Origin: Fistulifera solaris
Taxonomy: Eukaryota
Assembly: GCA_030295235.1 (NCBI GenBank)
Contig: AP026135.1
Span: forward strand, 1 to 64,000
Length of the DNA: 64,000 nucleotides
Direction: 5' to 3'
Of the stretch, positions 25,891 through 38,917 are shown piece after piece. The notes under the pieces were generated by a model. The model was not told where the DNA came from. It did no database searches and worked only from the letters and a program-made list of their open reading frames with translations. Within the stretch, counting starts at the first letter, position 1, and each line of letters opens with the position of its first letter. The translations under genes were made by a program, and so were the position numbers.

Positions 25891-26499
25891 TTATTTCAAT
25901 GGTCGTAAGCGCTTCATAGCTTCTGTCTTACAGTTGCGGTGGTGAGAATCACGACGGACACTGGTCATACGACTATTCCCACCGTAGTCGTCCGACTTGG
26001 GGCTGCCATCTTCTTCGTCCGTGGAGCGGGTAGCATTAGAACCGTCTTCTCCTTCTTCTTTCATGGACCAGAATTGATTCTCGGCGTCTAACTCAGCTAT
26101 GCTCTGACTTACATCTCCTCTACCTCCCATGCGGTGCATCATACTAGGTGCCTTGCTGACGGAATAGTCAATGCCCAGACCACGGAAGCTCCAATCGTAA
26201 CCATTTTGCGAAGCACGGCTGTGATCACGACTGGCACGACTGCGCTCGCGCTGTCGAATAGTGGCATCAGGATGACCGGGCTTGCTCCACTCAATGTGAG
26301 TTAGGACGTGGTATTTACTGCTTTCTCCGATCTGGGACGATTCCTCGGCGTTACGGGAGTAATGGAAACGATTGCGCGACGCATGTGACAGCTCTTCGCG
26401 GAAGCGATTGCGGCTTTCGGCAACAGTACTGAAAGTAGACAAACCAGATTTTGAAAGCGCCGACAGAGACATGACGGACATGCTGGGTTCTCCGACACT
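25891..26499 (-). other. Partial duplicate (~560 bp) of the GT2-A C-terminal tail forming a 196-aa ORF
   Basis: 25936..26499 is near-identical to 22640..23203; no GT2 domain attached. Confidence 0.85.
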
Positions 26500-26926
26500 A
26501 GAAAGCGATGAGAGTGAGCGAGAGCTTTCTTTCTTTACAGTAATTGCAAAACGTTTTCGTCTGTCTTGTTGTTATGCAATCTAATTCCCACGAGACGATG
26601 TCCCCAGGCACCAAGCTTTCCCCACGTACAAGACTCTTTGTAAATTTTCCAATTCTTGTGAATGTATATCGTACATGAGAAGCGTGTGCAGCCGAGGGAG
26701 CTTCTTGAATGAAGGGACATTCATTTACTACGATGACACTCTAGATAGCGAACTCTCATGGTCTCCCTGGTCAGGCTTTGATGCTTTTCGATAAAACAAA
26801 AGGTATTTAAAATTAGTATGTATGATGCTATTAGCGGAAAATTGTAGCATCCAGCATAGTTACTCCAAAACTCAAAACAACCATGACATAGCAAAATCAA
26901 TCAAAAACGTCAGAGCCGTCCTCGCT

Positions 26927-27322
26927 TTAAAGGTCCATCTCAAAGATTCCTTCTTCCGGGTAGTAGTCATGATCGAAGAGTTGACCGTGTTCGTCGACGC
27001 GAGACTTGGCAAAACTGATTTGCTTTGACGTTACCAAACTTCGCAAGTCATCCGAAGGCAACCCAAAGGCACTGGCGCAAGTGGGAGATGATGACACCGT
27101 TGGTTCATTGCGCTTGGTCGCAATGCGCTGAAACATGACGTAGTCTCGATAGTCAGCGAGTGCTTCATAGTTCTGGAGCTGCATTTGATATGTGTTCGGT
27201 TTCGGAGGAGCAATCTTAATCGACCTTGCCGCGGGAAATGTTGACGAAAACTGCGACTCCTTGTTAGGTGTACCGCAAGGTGTCAAATGTGACGATAATG
27301 ATTGATGTTGGGAGCTTTGCAT
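26927..27322 (-). CDS. Small hypothetical protein (YEALADYRDYVMFQRI ... EEGIFEMDL)
   Basis: Clean 131-aa ATG ORF; helix motif plus acidic C-terminal IFxMDL resembles small diatom proteins of unknown function. Confidence 0.6.
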   Translation of the reverse strand: MQSSQHQSLSSHLTPCGTPNKESQFSSTFPAARSIKIAPPKPNTYQMQLQNYEALADYRDYVMFQRIATKRNEPTVSSSPTCASAFGLPSDDLRSLVTSKQISFAKSRVDEHGQLFDHDYYPEEGIFEMDL

Positions 27323-28508
27323 GATTGTATTGTTCGATCAGTTGAACGATTGGATAAAAGGCGATAATTTATGAGGCAAAGCGAAAGGATGTCTTTCGCT
27401 GTGTGGCTTGGGAATTTTGATGTGGTTGAGAATCTTCAACGAAATGAAATCTCTCGTTGACCGCTCACTTCTCACAATTTTCAGCGAGTAAAACGGTAAC
27501 TGTGCCCGGGCAAAACAATCACATGTCGTCACATGGCTACGGAGATATTTACAATACGCAAAAGAGTGCGCAATGCGTCGTTGTCGTGATATTGATCTGA
27601 TGCGAAGAACAGGGAGACACGGGGACCGGGAACGCACCTTTGCGTGGTACATTTTTCTACGGGAGCCTACGTGAATGTACACTTTTTCCCGCAGCTACGG
27701 TATGGCACGCCAAACGTGGCAATGGGTTATCGGCCTAACTTTACAGACTGGTTGGCTTGGGGGCGCGGGACGCCCTATTCTGGTGATGTCACGAGGAGTA
27801 CCGGTAGATGGATGATTTATGCGGAGTTATAACTGGATCGATACTCGAAGTAGGTCAATAGTGAATATTATTATTATTTGTCGTGCGCACGCTTCCAGAA
27901 TTGTGCGATCAAATTCCTTCCCAAAGAGAATTGGGAAGAAACCGTGTGTACAGTTTAAATCAGAGAATCACAAAGGTCACGATCTACAAAGCGGAAGATC
28001 GGAAGATCTACTGCAAGATTGTGAACCTTCAAGATTCTTGGAAACCGTCAATCGTCAACCTTCCATCTTCCAAGGACTCAGTTTTGATATGTTCCACCAT
28101 CGTCGCATGGTAAAGATGTTTCTTTTTCGAGGCTATCGGATCCGTTACCAGGTACCTGGTACAGTACCAGTACCGGTACAATCCGGATCATCATCAATTC
28201 ATTAATGAGGACTAGGGCTGGAAATTTACCAATAACGAATGAAAGTCATGATTCCATTTTTGAAAATGATGCAAGCAAAGATTTGGTTATATTGATGCTG
28301 GCTTGTCCTTCCAAAGAAAATAACAGCAAGACATTGCTTTTAACTACCAGGAAGGTGCGGGAAATTGTGTGTGCATCAAGCAGAGATGCGTTCCGTGTCT
28401 CCCAAACAGAAGTCAATAGTAAATTTTTTGACGCCGTATACACTAATACTATCGATTAATGTCCTATGTTGAGAATCGGCTAGCTCTACTCTCAGGTTTT
28501 ATTATGCA

Positions 28509-29922
28509 TTAGTCAATACGACAATCCAGGGTAAAACTGGAAACTCCCGATACGGCATAAACAAATGCGTACGCGACGCCTTCACCTTGCGAGGGCGTTG
28601 CTATCGAGCATATTTGAACACGATCATTCGTCTCGGCACTGCATGCGAAATCGTTGAACTCACCGTGATGATTGAGAAACAAGTCTAAATCACCGTCGTC
28701 GCCAGCAGTGGCGGTTGTAACAATACATGTCAACAATGAGTCGGACGGAATATTCTGCAATTCAACTAGTTGGGTCGCACCAGTTTCCAAGGGACCCATT
28801 TCGTAATAACCAACCTCCGTCGAAATCGAATTGGCCAAAAACAGTGACGCATCAGCTGTACTCCGATAAGCTTCGAGGCTGTCCAACATTGCCGCCATTT
28901 GGCCACTGGTAAATTCGTACATGCACGCATCTGAAGAATAGTCCATGTAATTGAAAATAGGATCCGGTAACGAATCACCTGGGCAAGTATCGCGTCGCTC
29001 TGATGGTGTGCACCCCTTGTTGGCACTGCGCTGTGGTGCTGTGATAAAGAAATTGTCAGTGAAAGGAAGCCTTTTGTTTCATAATGGACTGTTGAAACGT
29101 ACCTGTATCGTCAACACCGTCTCCCGGACTGCATCCATCTTGAAAGGTGTGAAACAACCCCAACCAATGACCCACTTCATGCACGAGGGTATCTCCTTCA
29201 TTGAATTCGGGGAGTGAACCACCTTGCACCGTTCCGGGATTGATGACTACGCCATCCATTGCCGGATCTGCTGCATATTCCCACGGAAATGAGGCATATC
29301 CCAGCAATTGGGTGCGGGTGACGGACATGGGTCGAATGTAATAAATATTCAGCGTTCGGGCGTCCCCTTTTCGCAACGCTTCCTTGATTGGTCGCTCGCG
29401 ATACAGCAAACTGTTCATAATGATCTGCGTCCATTTTCTATTTTTAGGGCGCGTCACACAAGCAGAGGCATCGGTCACGGAACTCGTGGTCCCATTGACG
29501 TTGCCATCGGCATCAAGCGTTGCCATCGCAAAGGATATTCCAGTATTGAGCGAACATTCTCCATTGCACCAATCCAGGTTAGTGTCACAACAGGAAGAAG
29601 ACGAATAGCCGAGATTTAGGTGCTCTAGCTCACGCTGCAGTTGTTCATCAGTGAGTGGGGCCGTTTGTCCTTGAGGCACATGAAAGCACACCGGAATGAC
29701 GATGGAATTGCCCAATTCGCTTTCCGGTCGAAGAATTGAATGTGCCTGATACCGTTCCGACCGAAATTTTCGATATTGCCGAGCCCGTTTTGATGCGCGA
29801 TGATCATGCTCTTGTGGTTCTTTGGTGTTGCATCGCTGAATGGACGATGGAGAGTGAGCGTGAGCCTGTCGAATACCCAAGGCCAGTAACAGTAGCCATT
29901 GCCAGGTTGTGATATGGAGCAT
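28509..29922 (-). CDS. Secreted M43 (pappalysin/ulilysin-like) zinc metalloprotease with C-terminal PPC-like domain
   Basis: Signal peptide, cysteine-switch-like RCNT, LLGYASFP, DGVV, HEVGHWLGLFHTF, Met-turn NYMDYS; intron 29039..29102; C-terminal GDLDLFL segment. Confidence 0.9.
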
Positions 29923-30473
29923 TATCGTTTTTTCGTCTCTTTGTTTATGTTAATACCTTTTTCATTCTTTCTAAATGCCTTTATGATGCAGTCGTTCGAA
30001 ATTAATTCATGTTTTCTCACAACGAGGGCGGCAGTTGAGAAAGTCTTTTTCGTGCTCGAGATGAAAAAATGGCGCAAGGTATCTTTGACAGGTGCAGTAT
30101 CGTGTTGGAAGTAGACGATGCGCGATCCCAAATTTCTCGTTTCAACGGGTGTTTCCGTCTACAATTTAACGGTGAGTACCATGAAGTATAAGCACTATCT
30201 GTTGGTTCCCTTGGCGAATAATGGCCGCTACGACACGGACGAGTTTTAAGGATAGCGATTTTGTGCGCACCTCGATTACATCAACAGCACGACCCGCGAA
30301 ACGGAAAGAGGAGAAGAAGCATTACCTATTACCTGGTAGTTCGAAAAACGATCGACTTGACAAGTCAAAGCATTCCCAGTAACCAAGGAACGGCTACAAA
30401 TGTACTGTCTTGTGTAATTGACGAGAGAAAAGACAACAAAAGACGACAACAACGAGTAAATTAGCGGCAGAAT

Positions 30474-33400
30474 ATGGTTCGACATCCGGAGCGCTTTGAG
30501 CCTAGTGAATCCTCTGACACAATATCACCTCAAGTCACTTTACCCTTCAATGAAGACACCAGTTATGTTTACGAACCTCTTCCAATATCGAAGCGGATGC
30601 AACAGAAACGGGCATTACATCTAAAAGAAGATTCGACAGAATTCGACGAGGAAGAAGGATCGAATGGAATTCACGATAAGCATCCTTCCACCTTCGGAAA
30701 CAGAAACGATTCAACGACCGCCTGGATATCGAGGAGACTGTATACTTCGAATGGATGGAGACTGATCAACACTTATTTGATTACGCCTTGCTCAGGAGCG
30801 CTGTGTTCGTCGAGGATCTGCCGTTCTCTGTATCAAAATGGACACTTTACTCCCTTGGGTCGAGAGGTTTGGCAGCTGGGTCTTGTCGTTTTCATATTTC
30901 ATCTGATTCCCATGTTTCTCTACTTCTTATTTGATCTGATAGGACTCAATGTCAGTTTTGGGGTTTATGTCGCGACTATGATCTTTCTGGTGACCATGTC
31001 CTTTCTGCTCCTCACCGAATGTTTGTGCGCATTCGGGCATTCGGGCCCTCCAAAAGCACCCGGCGTCCCCGAAACACCCGCGTCAGCTATTATTTGTGCC
31101 TATTTGCCCAATGAAGCCGAAATTATTGTGGAAGCAGTGGAACACTTTTTAAATCTAGAATACGAGCCGGGCATTCAGATCATACTAGCCTACAATACAC
31201 CCGTGCGTATTCCTGCCGTCGAAGAACAACTGGAAGTACTCGCGAATCGATTTCCCAATTTGCTGGTATTGTGCATTGAGAATTCTACTTCGAAAGCACA
31301 AAATATCAATGCTGCGCTGGATTTTGTCGTCGGGGACTTTGTAGGGGTATTTGACGCCGATCATCGACCAGAACTGCATTCGTTTTCACGCGCGTGGCGA
31401 TGGCTGTCCAACGGATACGATGTTGTGCAAGGTCATAGTGTATCGCGCAATGCGAAAGCTTCGTGGATGGCTCGGTTGATGGCGGTGGAAGCGGAATGTC
31501 ACTATGCAGTCTCCCGTGCCCGGGCAGACTACGCGTGATAAGATAGGCTTTTACCGGTCCAATGGTTACTGGAAAAGTCCTCTGTTCAAAAGAATTGGAA
31601 TGCTGGCGAGTATGAAAGCAGAAGATGTGGATGCTGGGATGATGGCTTTGGGTGAAGGTCGCAACATAGCGGTATGTATGCTAAGGAATTAATTTACGCC
31701 ATAGTTTGGCTTGTTTGATGCTTGGCTGACAATTGATCTCACGATTTTTACGATTATTATTATCGATGCAGATGGACCCACAATTGATCAGTCTTGACTT
31801 GTCAGCCACGACTCCTTTTCAGATATGGAATCAACGCATTCGATTAGCTCAGGGGTGGTTCCAGGTATCGATGAGACACTGCTTCCCACTTCTTTTTTGT
31901 CCTGCTTTAGGAGTTCGGCAAAAACTAGGTATTTTTCTGCATCTCAATGTCCGAGAAATGTTTCCATGGTTTTCATCGCAAGTCTTTACCTTGGTCTTTT
32001 ATTGGCTTATCTCGGATCGCAATCGAGATCTCATTCGACCGTTGCTACTTGCGTACATAACATATCTGCTTGTGGAGGGTCCCTTGACGGCCCTGGCGGC
32101 GTATTGCTTGTGCCAAAAGACAATGCGAAATCCATGGTGGTTTGTACAGTATGCTCTTTTCAATATTTTCTTTTTTGCCGCCGCCAAAGGTTTGTTTGCG
32201 CGTATGGGGCACATCAAACAAGCCACTGGCGAAAACATTTGGAGAGTGACACCACGATCGACGAAAGCTATTCACACTGCCCAACCGGAGCATGTTTTTC
32301 CGATACCGCAAGAGGCAGAGATCAAGGCCATCGGCGAGCCGAGCATGACGGTACTGACGATACAAAAAGTGGCGCAGTCAACACAACGAAATATGAAAAG
32401 CGTACTGCAGGAAAGTAGATTGCTATTTCAGGAGCGACTTGATCGCACTGACCGATCTCGGCATCATTTCAGCCGCCAAGAAGACGAGAGTATGATGATT
32501 GCCAAGCACAAGCTGCACCACATTGTACAGAGATGCGACTGGTCGTACGCAATCACGAATGTTGATTGCCTGGTTAGCACAAGTCCTGATGGCAGCCAAA
32601 GTGATGCTGACAGAGGTCGCCAAGGCGAAGAGTATCCGATCGAAAACAAAATTTCGGGTGTCACTCGTGTCGCGCCAAATCATATGCGGCGACCCAAGTC
32701 TTCCTGGGTAAAGTCCGAACGTGTGAAAGTGGTGGACAAAAGAAACCACTGTAGTCGTGCGAGCGAGAGCAGCAGTGATAGCCAAAGCCGTGGAAAGGCG
32801 TATGCAATGGATTGGAGCTTTCAAAACATGGATGGTGACTATAGTGTCTCCGTACAGCGTGCTGACTACGGTATACCTGTTTCGCCCGTTGATCAGAGTG
32901 TTTCGTTGCAGCCCTCCGATCATAGTGACTCAATCCGGACTTATGACATGTCGACATCACAAGCACAACAATACAAGCCGAGAACCACACGATTTCAAAA
33001 GGTCTTCAATTTTTCGAAACTTTTTTCAGGATCTGTTTCGAGCCGGGGAAGTTCCGATCTAAGCTCCTCCAAGAACTCGTTGCACACTGACTTCAGCAAA
33101 AGCATTGATGAAAATGGACCGGGTGCTTTCTGGACAAGAACGAAAGAGACAAGTATCGCTGACGAACACTCAAGTAGTACCGTTTCAGAGGCCCAACTTC
33201 CTTTGCAAGACACAACAGAAATGGGTCTCGAAAATGGATTGGAAGAAAACGGTGATGTGCAGCGCCTTCAGGCACAAAATTTAGCTGCCGCAATAATTCC
33301 TCTTCAGAATACCATTGGCCTTGTTTCATCAAACATTAAGAAGGGATTCGCTTTTGACCCGCCTTCGTCATCCATTTCAGAGACCGACGTGGCGTTTCGT

Positions 33401-36033
33401 CCCGATCCACCCTTAAAAGAGGTCTCTCAGACGATCCAGAAAGATGGCATCCAGCCGACTCTTGCAGGTCAACCTTTAAAAGAACAGTACTGGAAGAAAA
33501 GAGGTCGATACTGGGCCACGAACAGCGATAAATCAGGATCGGGCGCTACGCCATCGGGAGAGTCTTCAAAGCCGCATCGAGTGCGCAGGGACCCCGAGGG
33601 AAGACGTAAGCCGCAGAAACGTCGACACAGAGACGCACCGAGTAAGCTAGGCCGGATATACACCATTGAGGAATCACAAGATGGCAATGCGTCGGACGAG
33701 ACAGGTAACTTGGATGTACTGAGTTATACACCTAACGAGATTCATTCAGGGTTACGGTGTGCCGATCCTCCGGCAGAAGAAATGCCATCGACTAGTCATC
33801 ATGGCTGTGATATATCCATTCAGACATCATTCGACTCAGCTCCTATAATCTTGGGTGCATGTTATCCAAGCCACAATCCAAATCTGGCGCAGCAATCGGA
33901 TATAAAGCCTTTATCTGACCTCTCTGACGACAGATTATTGCAAGCTTCGCACGCGGATGCTCCAGCAGAGCTTATAAAATGCCCGTATTGTCTTGACTTA
34001 GATCAAAACGTAACGATCGATGAAGATAGTGAGGCTGGGCGATACGGAACAAAAACTGAAAGCGAAGAGGAAGGAGGGCATTCTGTCATTATTGCATCAA
34101 CGACGACAGGCATTACTGGTCTGTCTTTTGATGAAGTACGTGTCGATCGTGAATTGCAATTTGTTCATGATAGGAATGAGGTGCTTGAATATGCTACTTT
34201 GATTTCACAAAGTGGCAGAGGAAATTGTAGTGTTTCGACTTCTAACCAGGCTTGTAGCGATGACGCCCTTATTGCCGAAGTCGTGGAACAAGGTACAGAG
34301 TTTACGCTTGACGAAAAAGCAGCAGCAGATCCGCTTGGATACGCTGACAAGGCAGTAAGTGAATATACTGTCGATATGCAAGCGCGGAGAAGAGATGATG
34401 CTAGTATTGATCGAACTCATGGATCCACTGATATTCAAGCGGGCACGCTGTATTCTTGTTCGGATAATAATGTCATGTATTCTTTAGAACAGCATGACGA
34501 TACCGAGGCTTCAGAGGCTATGTCTGAAGGTCTCACAGAATGTTCGTGCGGACCCGAATCGAAAGGCTGTGCGTCCATGTATTCATTCATTTCAAAAGCC
34601 GAAGACGCCAAACATTTATCTACAATAAATGTGGTAGATTGTATCTCTATCGATTCGAGTGACCTTATAGATTGCGACGAAATGTGCAGAAGCACCAAGA
34701 TTATTCGAGTGGATACTAACTCAGAGTATGATATCGCTGAGTCTGTAGATGAACACCTTTGCGCCAAAGATCCTCTCAATCAATTCCTAGATGCAAATTC
34801 TACAGCTAACGGCCAACACTTTGGGGATGGTCATGACTTGGTTGCACTCCAAGAAATGATGGCGCTTGAGATGAATCGTGAATACAATGCAACCGATAAC
34901 TACGTAGAGGCGGAGTCTGATACTAGGCTAGACGATCGAGGATTCAAGCTTCAGCCATTACCGACCGAGAATGAGCCATCGAAACGGAGGTCCTTTTTCA
35001 AAGAACTACCAATGACAGCAGCTCTTGATGAACTTTCAGAGGGTGTTTCTGCTAAGCACGATCAATCATCGTTTTCAAGCCGTTCGCAGCCAAAAACTCT
35101 CAACGTGATTACTCCTCGTGCAGACGGCCTTTCCAGCCCTTCAAAAAATAAAACGTCGAGGCGATCCCACGAACAAATATATTTTCCTTTCCGACCGCCC
35201 GTTCACATCGAGCTTGACGACGTGGCATCGCTCAGTGATAGCGTCTCATTTGCAGGGATGACTATCCATTCTTGCTCGCAATCGCACAGTGCTACACATA
35301 TCGGCGACTTTGATGATGTGCCTAAGACAGATGACCATTTATCAGTTGGCTGTGATCCATCAAACGATGCATATTCAAGCACTCTGGAGATCGAATCAGA
35401 ACATTATCAAGACACAAATTCTTGCAATTTTGTTCTCGAGGGGCACGACCACAGTACAAATTCAACCTCCAACCTACAGAGAGGCAGCTTTGAAAATGTG
35501 CACGAGTCGAGAGTCTACGCAGATCTAGCTGCTCCAATAAAGAACAATTTGAATGAATATTGTTTCAGAGAAGTATCGCACGAATACGAAATTGGTGTTA
35601 CTGAAAAGCCAGATTATAGCGACCCGCCGGCAAAGGAAAAAAGCGGAGTTGACGTAGCATCAAGCGACGGAGACGAGCAGTTGTTGGTCAAACCCACCCT
35701 CTGCTCAAACATGCGGATTTCTACAAGCCAGTCTACCGCTGATGAAGAGTCTGCTGTAACTGTAACCGAGGAAAACATACATTCGTGCGACGCAACCGAA
35801 CATTCCACATCATGGATTCAAAACTTGCTAGACACCATGGATGAGGAAATCATTTTTCTGATACATTGCTACCCTTTGTAGAAGATGACGATGAAGAAGT
35901 TCCCGACTTATTGCCGTCAGTTACTGAGCAAGATACATTTCAAACAGCATCGTCGCAAAGCTACGATGAACCAAATAACCGCAACGATTGGGTAGGCGAC
36001 GAAGTCTCAACCGTCGATTTGACTGTAAACTAA
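30474..36033 (+). CDS. GT2 glycosyltransferase paralog B with degenerate catalytic motifs and ~1200-aa acidic/Ser-rich tail
   Basis: AYLPNE, SKAQNIN, FDADH, VVQGH retained; TED is AED, QxxRW is QRIRL, GGSNG is YRSNG; intron 31672..31771 at the same position as in paralog A; frameshifts near 31518 and 35855 (corrected stop 36031-36033). Confidence 0.8.
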
Positions 36034-36625
36034 GAGCTAGCAAAATCTCTAAACTTAGACTAGCATCTAAATAACGAAGGATCATTGCTTAAGAGAATAA
36101 TAAACTAGGAAAGATACGTTTACTCGCTCTAGTCTAGTCAAGGGGAGATAGAAGATGGGTCGCATGTCAAGGAAAAATCGGGGGGACATCCGTCTGGGGT
36201 CTGGGAAGCTGGAAAGTAGGAAGCCGGCAGAAAAATTACTCCGCATTTCTGTTTCCATAATTTTTTCGGCAATAATTTGTACTTTGTAGTTTGTAGCGGG
36301 GTAATGATTTCCAGATTCTTGCATGTCCGGCATTGGATTTAGGAAAGTTCTGTGCTGTTGCTGGTCGGTAAGGAATAAGGAAGCCTACAATCTGCAATCC
36401 CGATTCCCGATGTCCGATGTCCCCTTGGGGCATTGTGCATACAGTACCTGGTAGTGTTTCCCGGTAGGGATTATTGGTATTATAGTCTGCGCCTCCCTTC
36501 TCCCTTCTCCCTTGTTCGTTTCTCCGCTGCTGCAATCCGCGTCTCCGTCTCACAGTCGCACCTTTTACAAGCTCAGATTTTTACATGATCGACTCTTTCA
36601 TCGGCAACCAAAGTAAACGTCAAGA

Positions 36626-37897
36626 ATGCCTCCTTTGCAGCGTATTCCTTCAAACCAAACCATTTCAGAGACTCGCACATCTGTTTCAACCCATCGTTTC
36701 AAGACAGGTCGGGACGATGTAAGCGAAAATCACGTTCAAGGCTGTTTACCCGTAATTAAAAAACGAGTCAAGAGGACAATAGCTAGAACTCCTTTTCTCC
36801 AGTCCATTCCTCCAAAAGACAACGTTGCGTCCATTGGACAATTTATGAGGTCTGAGATACGGATTGGTAAGAAACTCGGAGAAGGAGGTTACGCGGAGGT
36901 ATATGAAATTGAAGCGTTCGATCTATGCCCCGTGACGTCCAGTAAATACTCCAAAGATATGCAAACTATCCGAGCAAACTTTCAAAGAGACGCGATCGAC
37001 CCATCGACAGGAAGATGTCGCTACGTGATCAAGCACATGAGGAAAAGCTCCCTGGAAAAAAGTCGAGGCGAGTTTGCCACGGGAGTAGCGGATATGGCTG
37101 CGGAAGCATCCTATTTGATGCGTTTCAAGCATACCAATATTTTGTCACTTCGCGGCCTTCCCTCAAAAGGACTGGAGTCTCTAGAGGAGGGCAAATACGA
37201 CAGCTTCTTTCTAATCCTCGATCGGATAACTGAAACTCTCAACGAGAGAATTGTCCGATGGCGTTTGGAGGAAAAGCAAAACAAGAAAACCAAGATTTTA
37301 TACAGCAAACAAATCGCGAGTGCTTTGGAATATCTTCACAGCCATCGAATCGTCTACCGCGACATCAAGCCGCAAAATATTGGGATCGATTCGAATGAAA
37401 ACATTGTGTTGTTCGATTTCGGTCTCTGCCGACAACTCCCTGCAACGCCCGGCGACAGCAATGATGTTTACAAATTAGCGAGGGCCGGAACACGACGCTA
37501 CATGGCACCAGAAGTCGCCGCTCAAGCATCCTACAATTGCAAGGCTGATATCTACGGATGGTCACTTGTCGTTTGGCAAATGTTTACACTGGCAAAACCT
37601 TTCTCGGCGTACAACGAACATTCGCATCTCAAATATGTTTGCATTGGGGACGAGCGACCAGCTCTGAACCTTCTGGATAGCATGAAAAGTCTTCACGAGG
37701 ACATTTACTTTCCTGTACCGAAATCAATCAGGGCTATCCTCGTGAAGACATGGGATGCATCGCACACCAAGCGTCCAGGAATGCACTCCGTTTGTTGCGA
37801 GCTTGACAGCCTACTGACGCGCCAGACAAACAAAACTCCCAACCGATTCAGTCGTCTCGTTTCGGGAAACCGAAAAGTCCGTGTCGTCAATGCCTAA
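36626..37897 (+). CDS. Ser/Thr protein kinase
   Basis: LGEGGYAEV, YVIK, YRDIKPQNIG, LFDFGL, GTRRYMAPE, ADIYGW, RP; intact 423-aa ORF. Confidence 0.92.
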   Translation: MPPLQRIPSNQTISETRTSVSTHRFKTGRDDVSENHVQGCLPVIKKRVKRTIARTPFLQSIPPKDNVASIGQFMRSEIRIGKKLGEGGYAEVYEIEAFDLCPVTSSKYSKDMQTIRANFQRDAIDPSTGRCRYVIKHMRKSSLEKSRGEFATGVADMAAEASYLMRFKHTNILSLRGLPSKGLESLEEGKYDSFFLILDRITETLNERIVRWRLEEKQNKKTKILYSKQIASALEYLHSHRIVYRDIKPQNIGIDSNENIVLFDFGLCRQLPATPGDSNDVYKLARAGTRRYMAPEVAAQASYNCKADIYGWSLVVWQMFTLAKPFSAYNEHSHLKYVCIGDERPALNLLDSMKSLHEDIYFPVPKSIRAILVKTWDASHTKRPGMHSVCCELDSLLTRQTNKTPNRFSRLVSGNRKVRVVNA

Positions 37898-38917
37898 AAT
37901 TATATTCTATAGAATACAGTATCATCAGCTCACGATTCTACGCCCCTTTTTTATCTTTATTACGGAGTAGATGTCACATGCCACTCATTAAAATATCTTG
38001 CTTCGGTTCTGCCGAACTCGTGACTTTTTGACGCGGGACGGATGTCAGACACGCTTTCATCACTCGCCCTCACTATGCTCGGATCTCGAATGACATTCTC
38101 TTTCTTGTTGTTTGATGTTTGATGGCTGATGATTGATGATGAACGTTTATGAATGATTCGAGCGCAAACGCAGGTAAAAGCGGAGAGGTGGTGGTTGTGC
38201 ACTGTTTCTACCGTCAACACTATTGTATCAACATTGTTGTGGGGTATGAGGGACTGAGGATTGTACGATAATTTCACTTCAATCGAGCAAGTTCAACTAG
38301 AAAAGCGGAACGCAGAAACGAAAGCACAGCAAAGTTCAAGATGGGAGATTTAGCATGGATTTTACCTACAATCATTCCTATTTCGGTGTCTTGCGTCTGA
38401 TAAAAGATGTACTAAAAGATAAATGACCATTTGTTGCTGAATAATTCTCGGAAGCTCTTGCCGCTTCCTATTTCACTTAGGTCCAGTTACCGTTTACCGT
38501 AATACGAAATACGAATAGGGAAGTCTGGAGTTAGAGTACCAGGTACCTGATACACTTGACTCCTAACTAACTCCCAACTTTTTTCCTAACTTGAATCTGC
38601 GCTTGGCACTGTGCGCTGGCAGTTGGCAATCAGCAATCCAAGTTTAATTATTTAGTGCGCCGTATAAAGTACACCTTTCTGTGCTTTTAGAATACCAAAC
38701 TGTCCCTCTCGACTTTTCTATGCGTCACGTACATCATCGGCTGAATACAACGGCGGGAGAAGCGAGAGGCGGCTCGGAACGCAGAACGCTCGCAAGTTCG
38801 CTCTCCGCAAGAAGGCTTATCAATGCAGTCCAAAGGTGCCTTGAAAGGTGTGCCTTGCTCATCAATCGGACAATCATTTCATCCAATTTATCTTGTAATA
38901 TAATACTGCACGCAACA

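Noticed and set aside
38681..38917. 79-aa N-terminal extension of histidine kinase 1
   Set aside because: Starts at GTG and is absent from the paralog, which begins MRHDDLL
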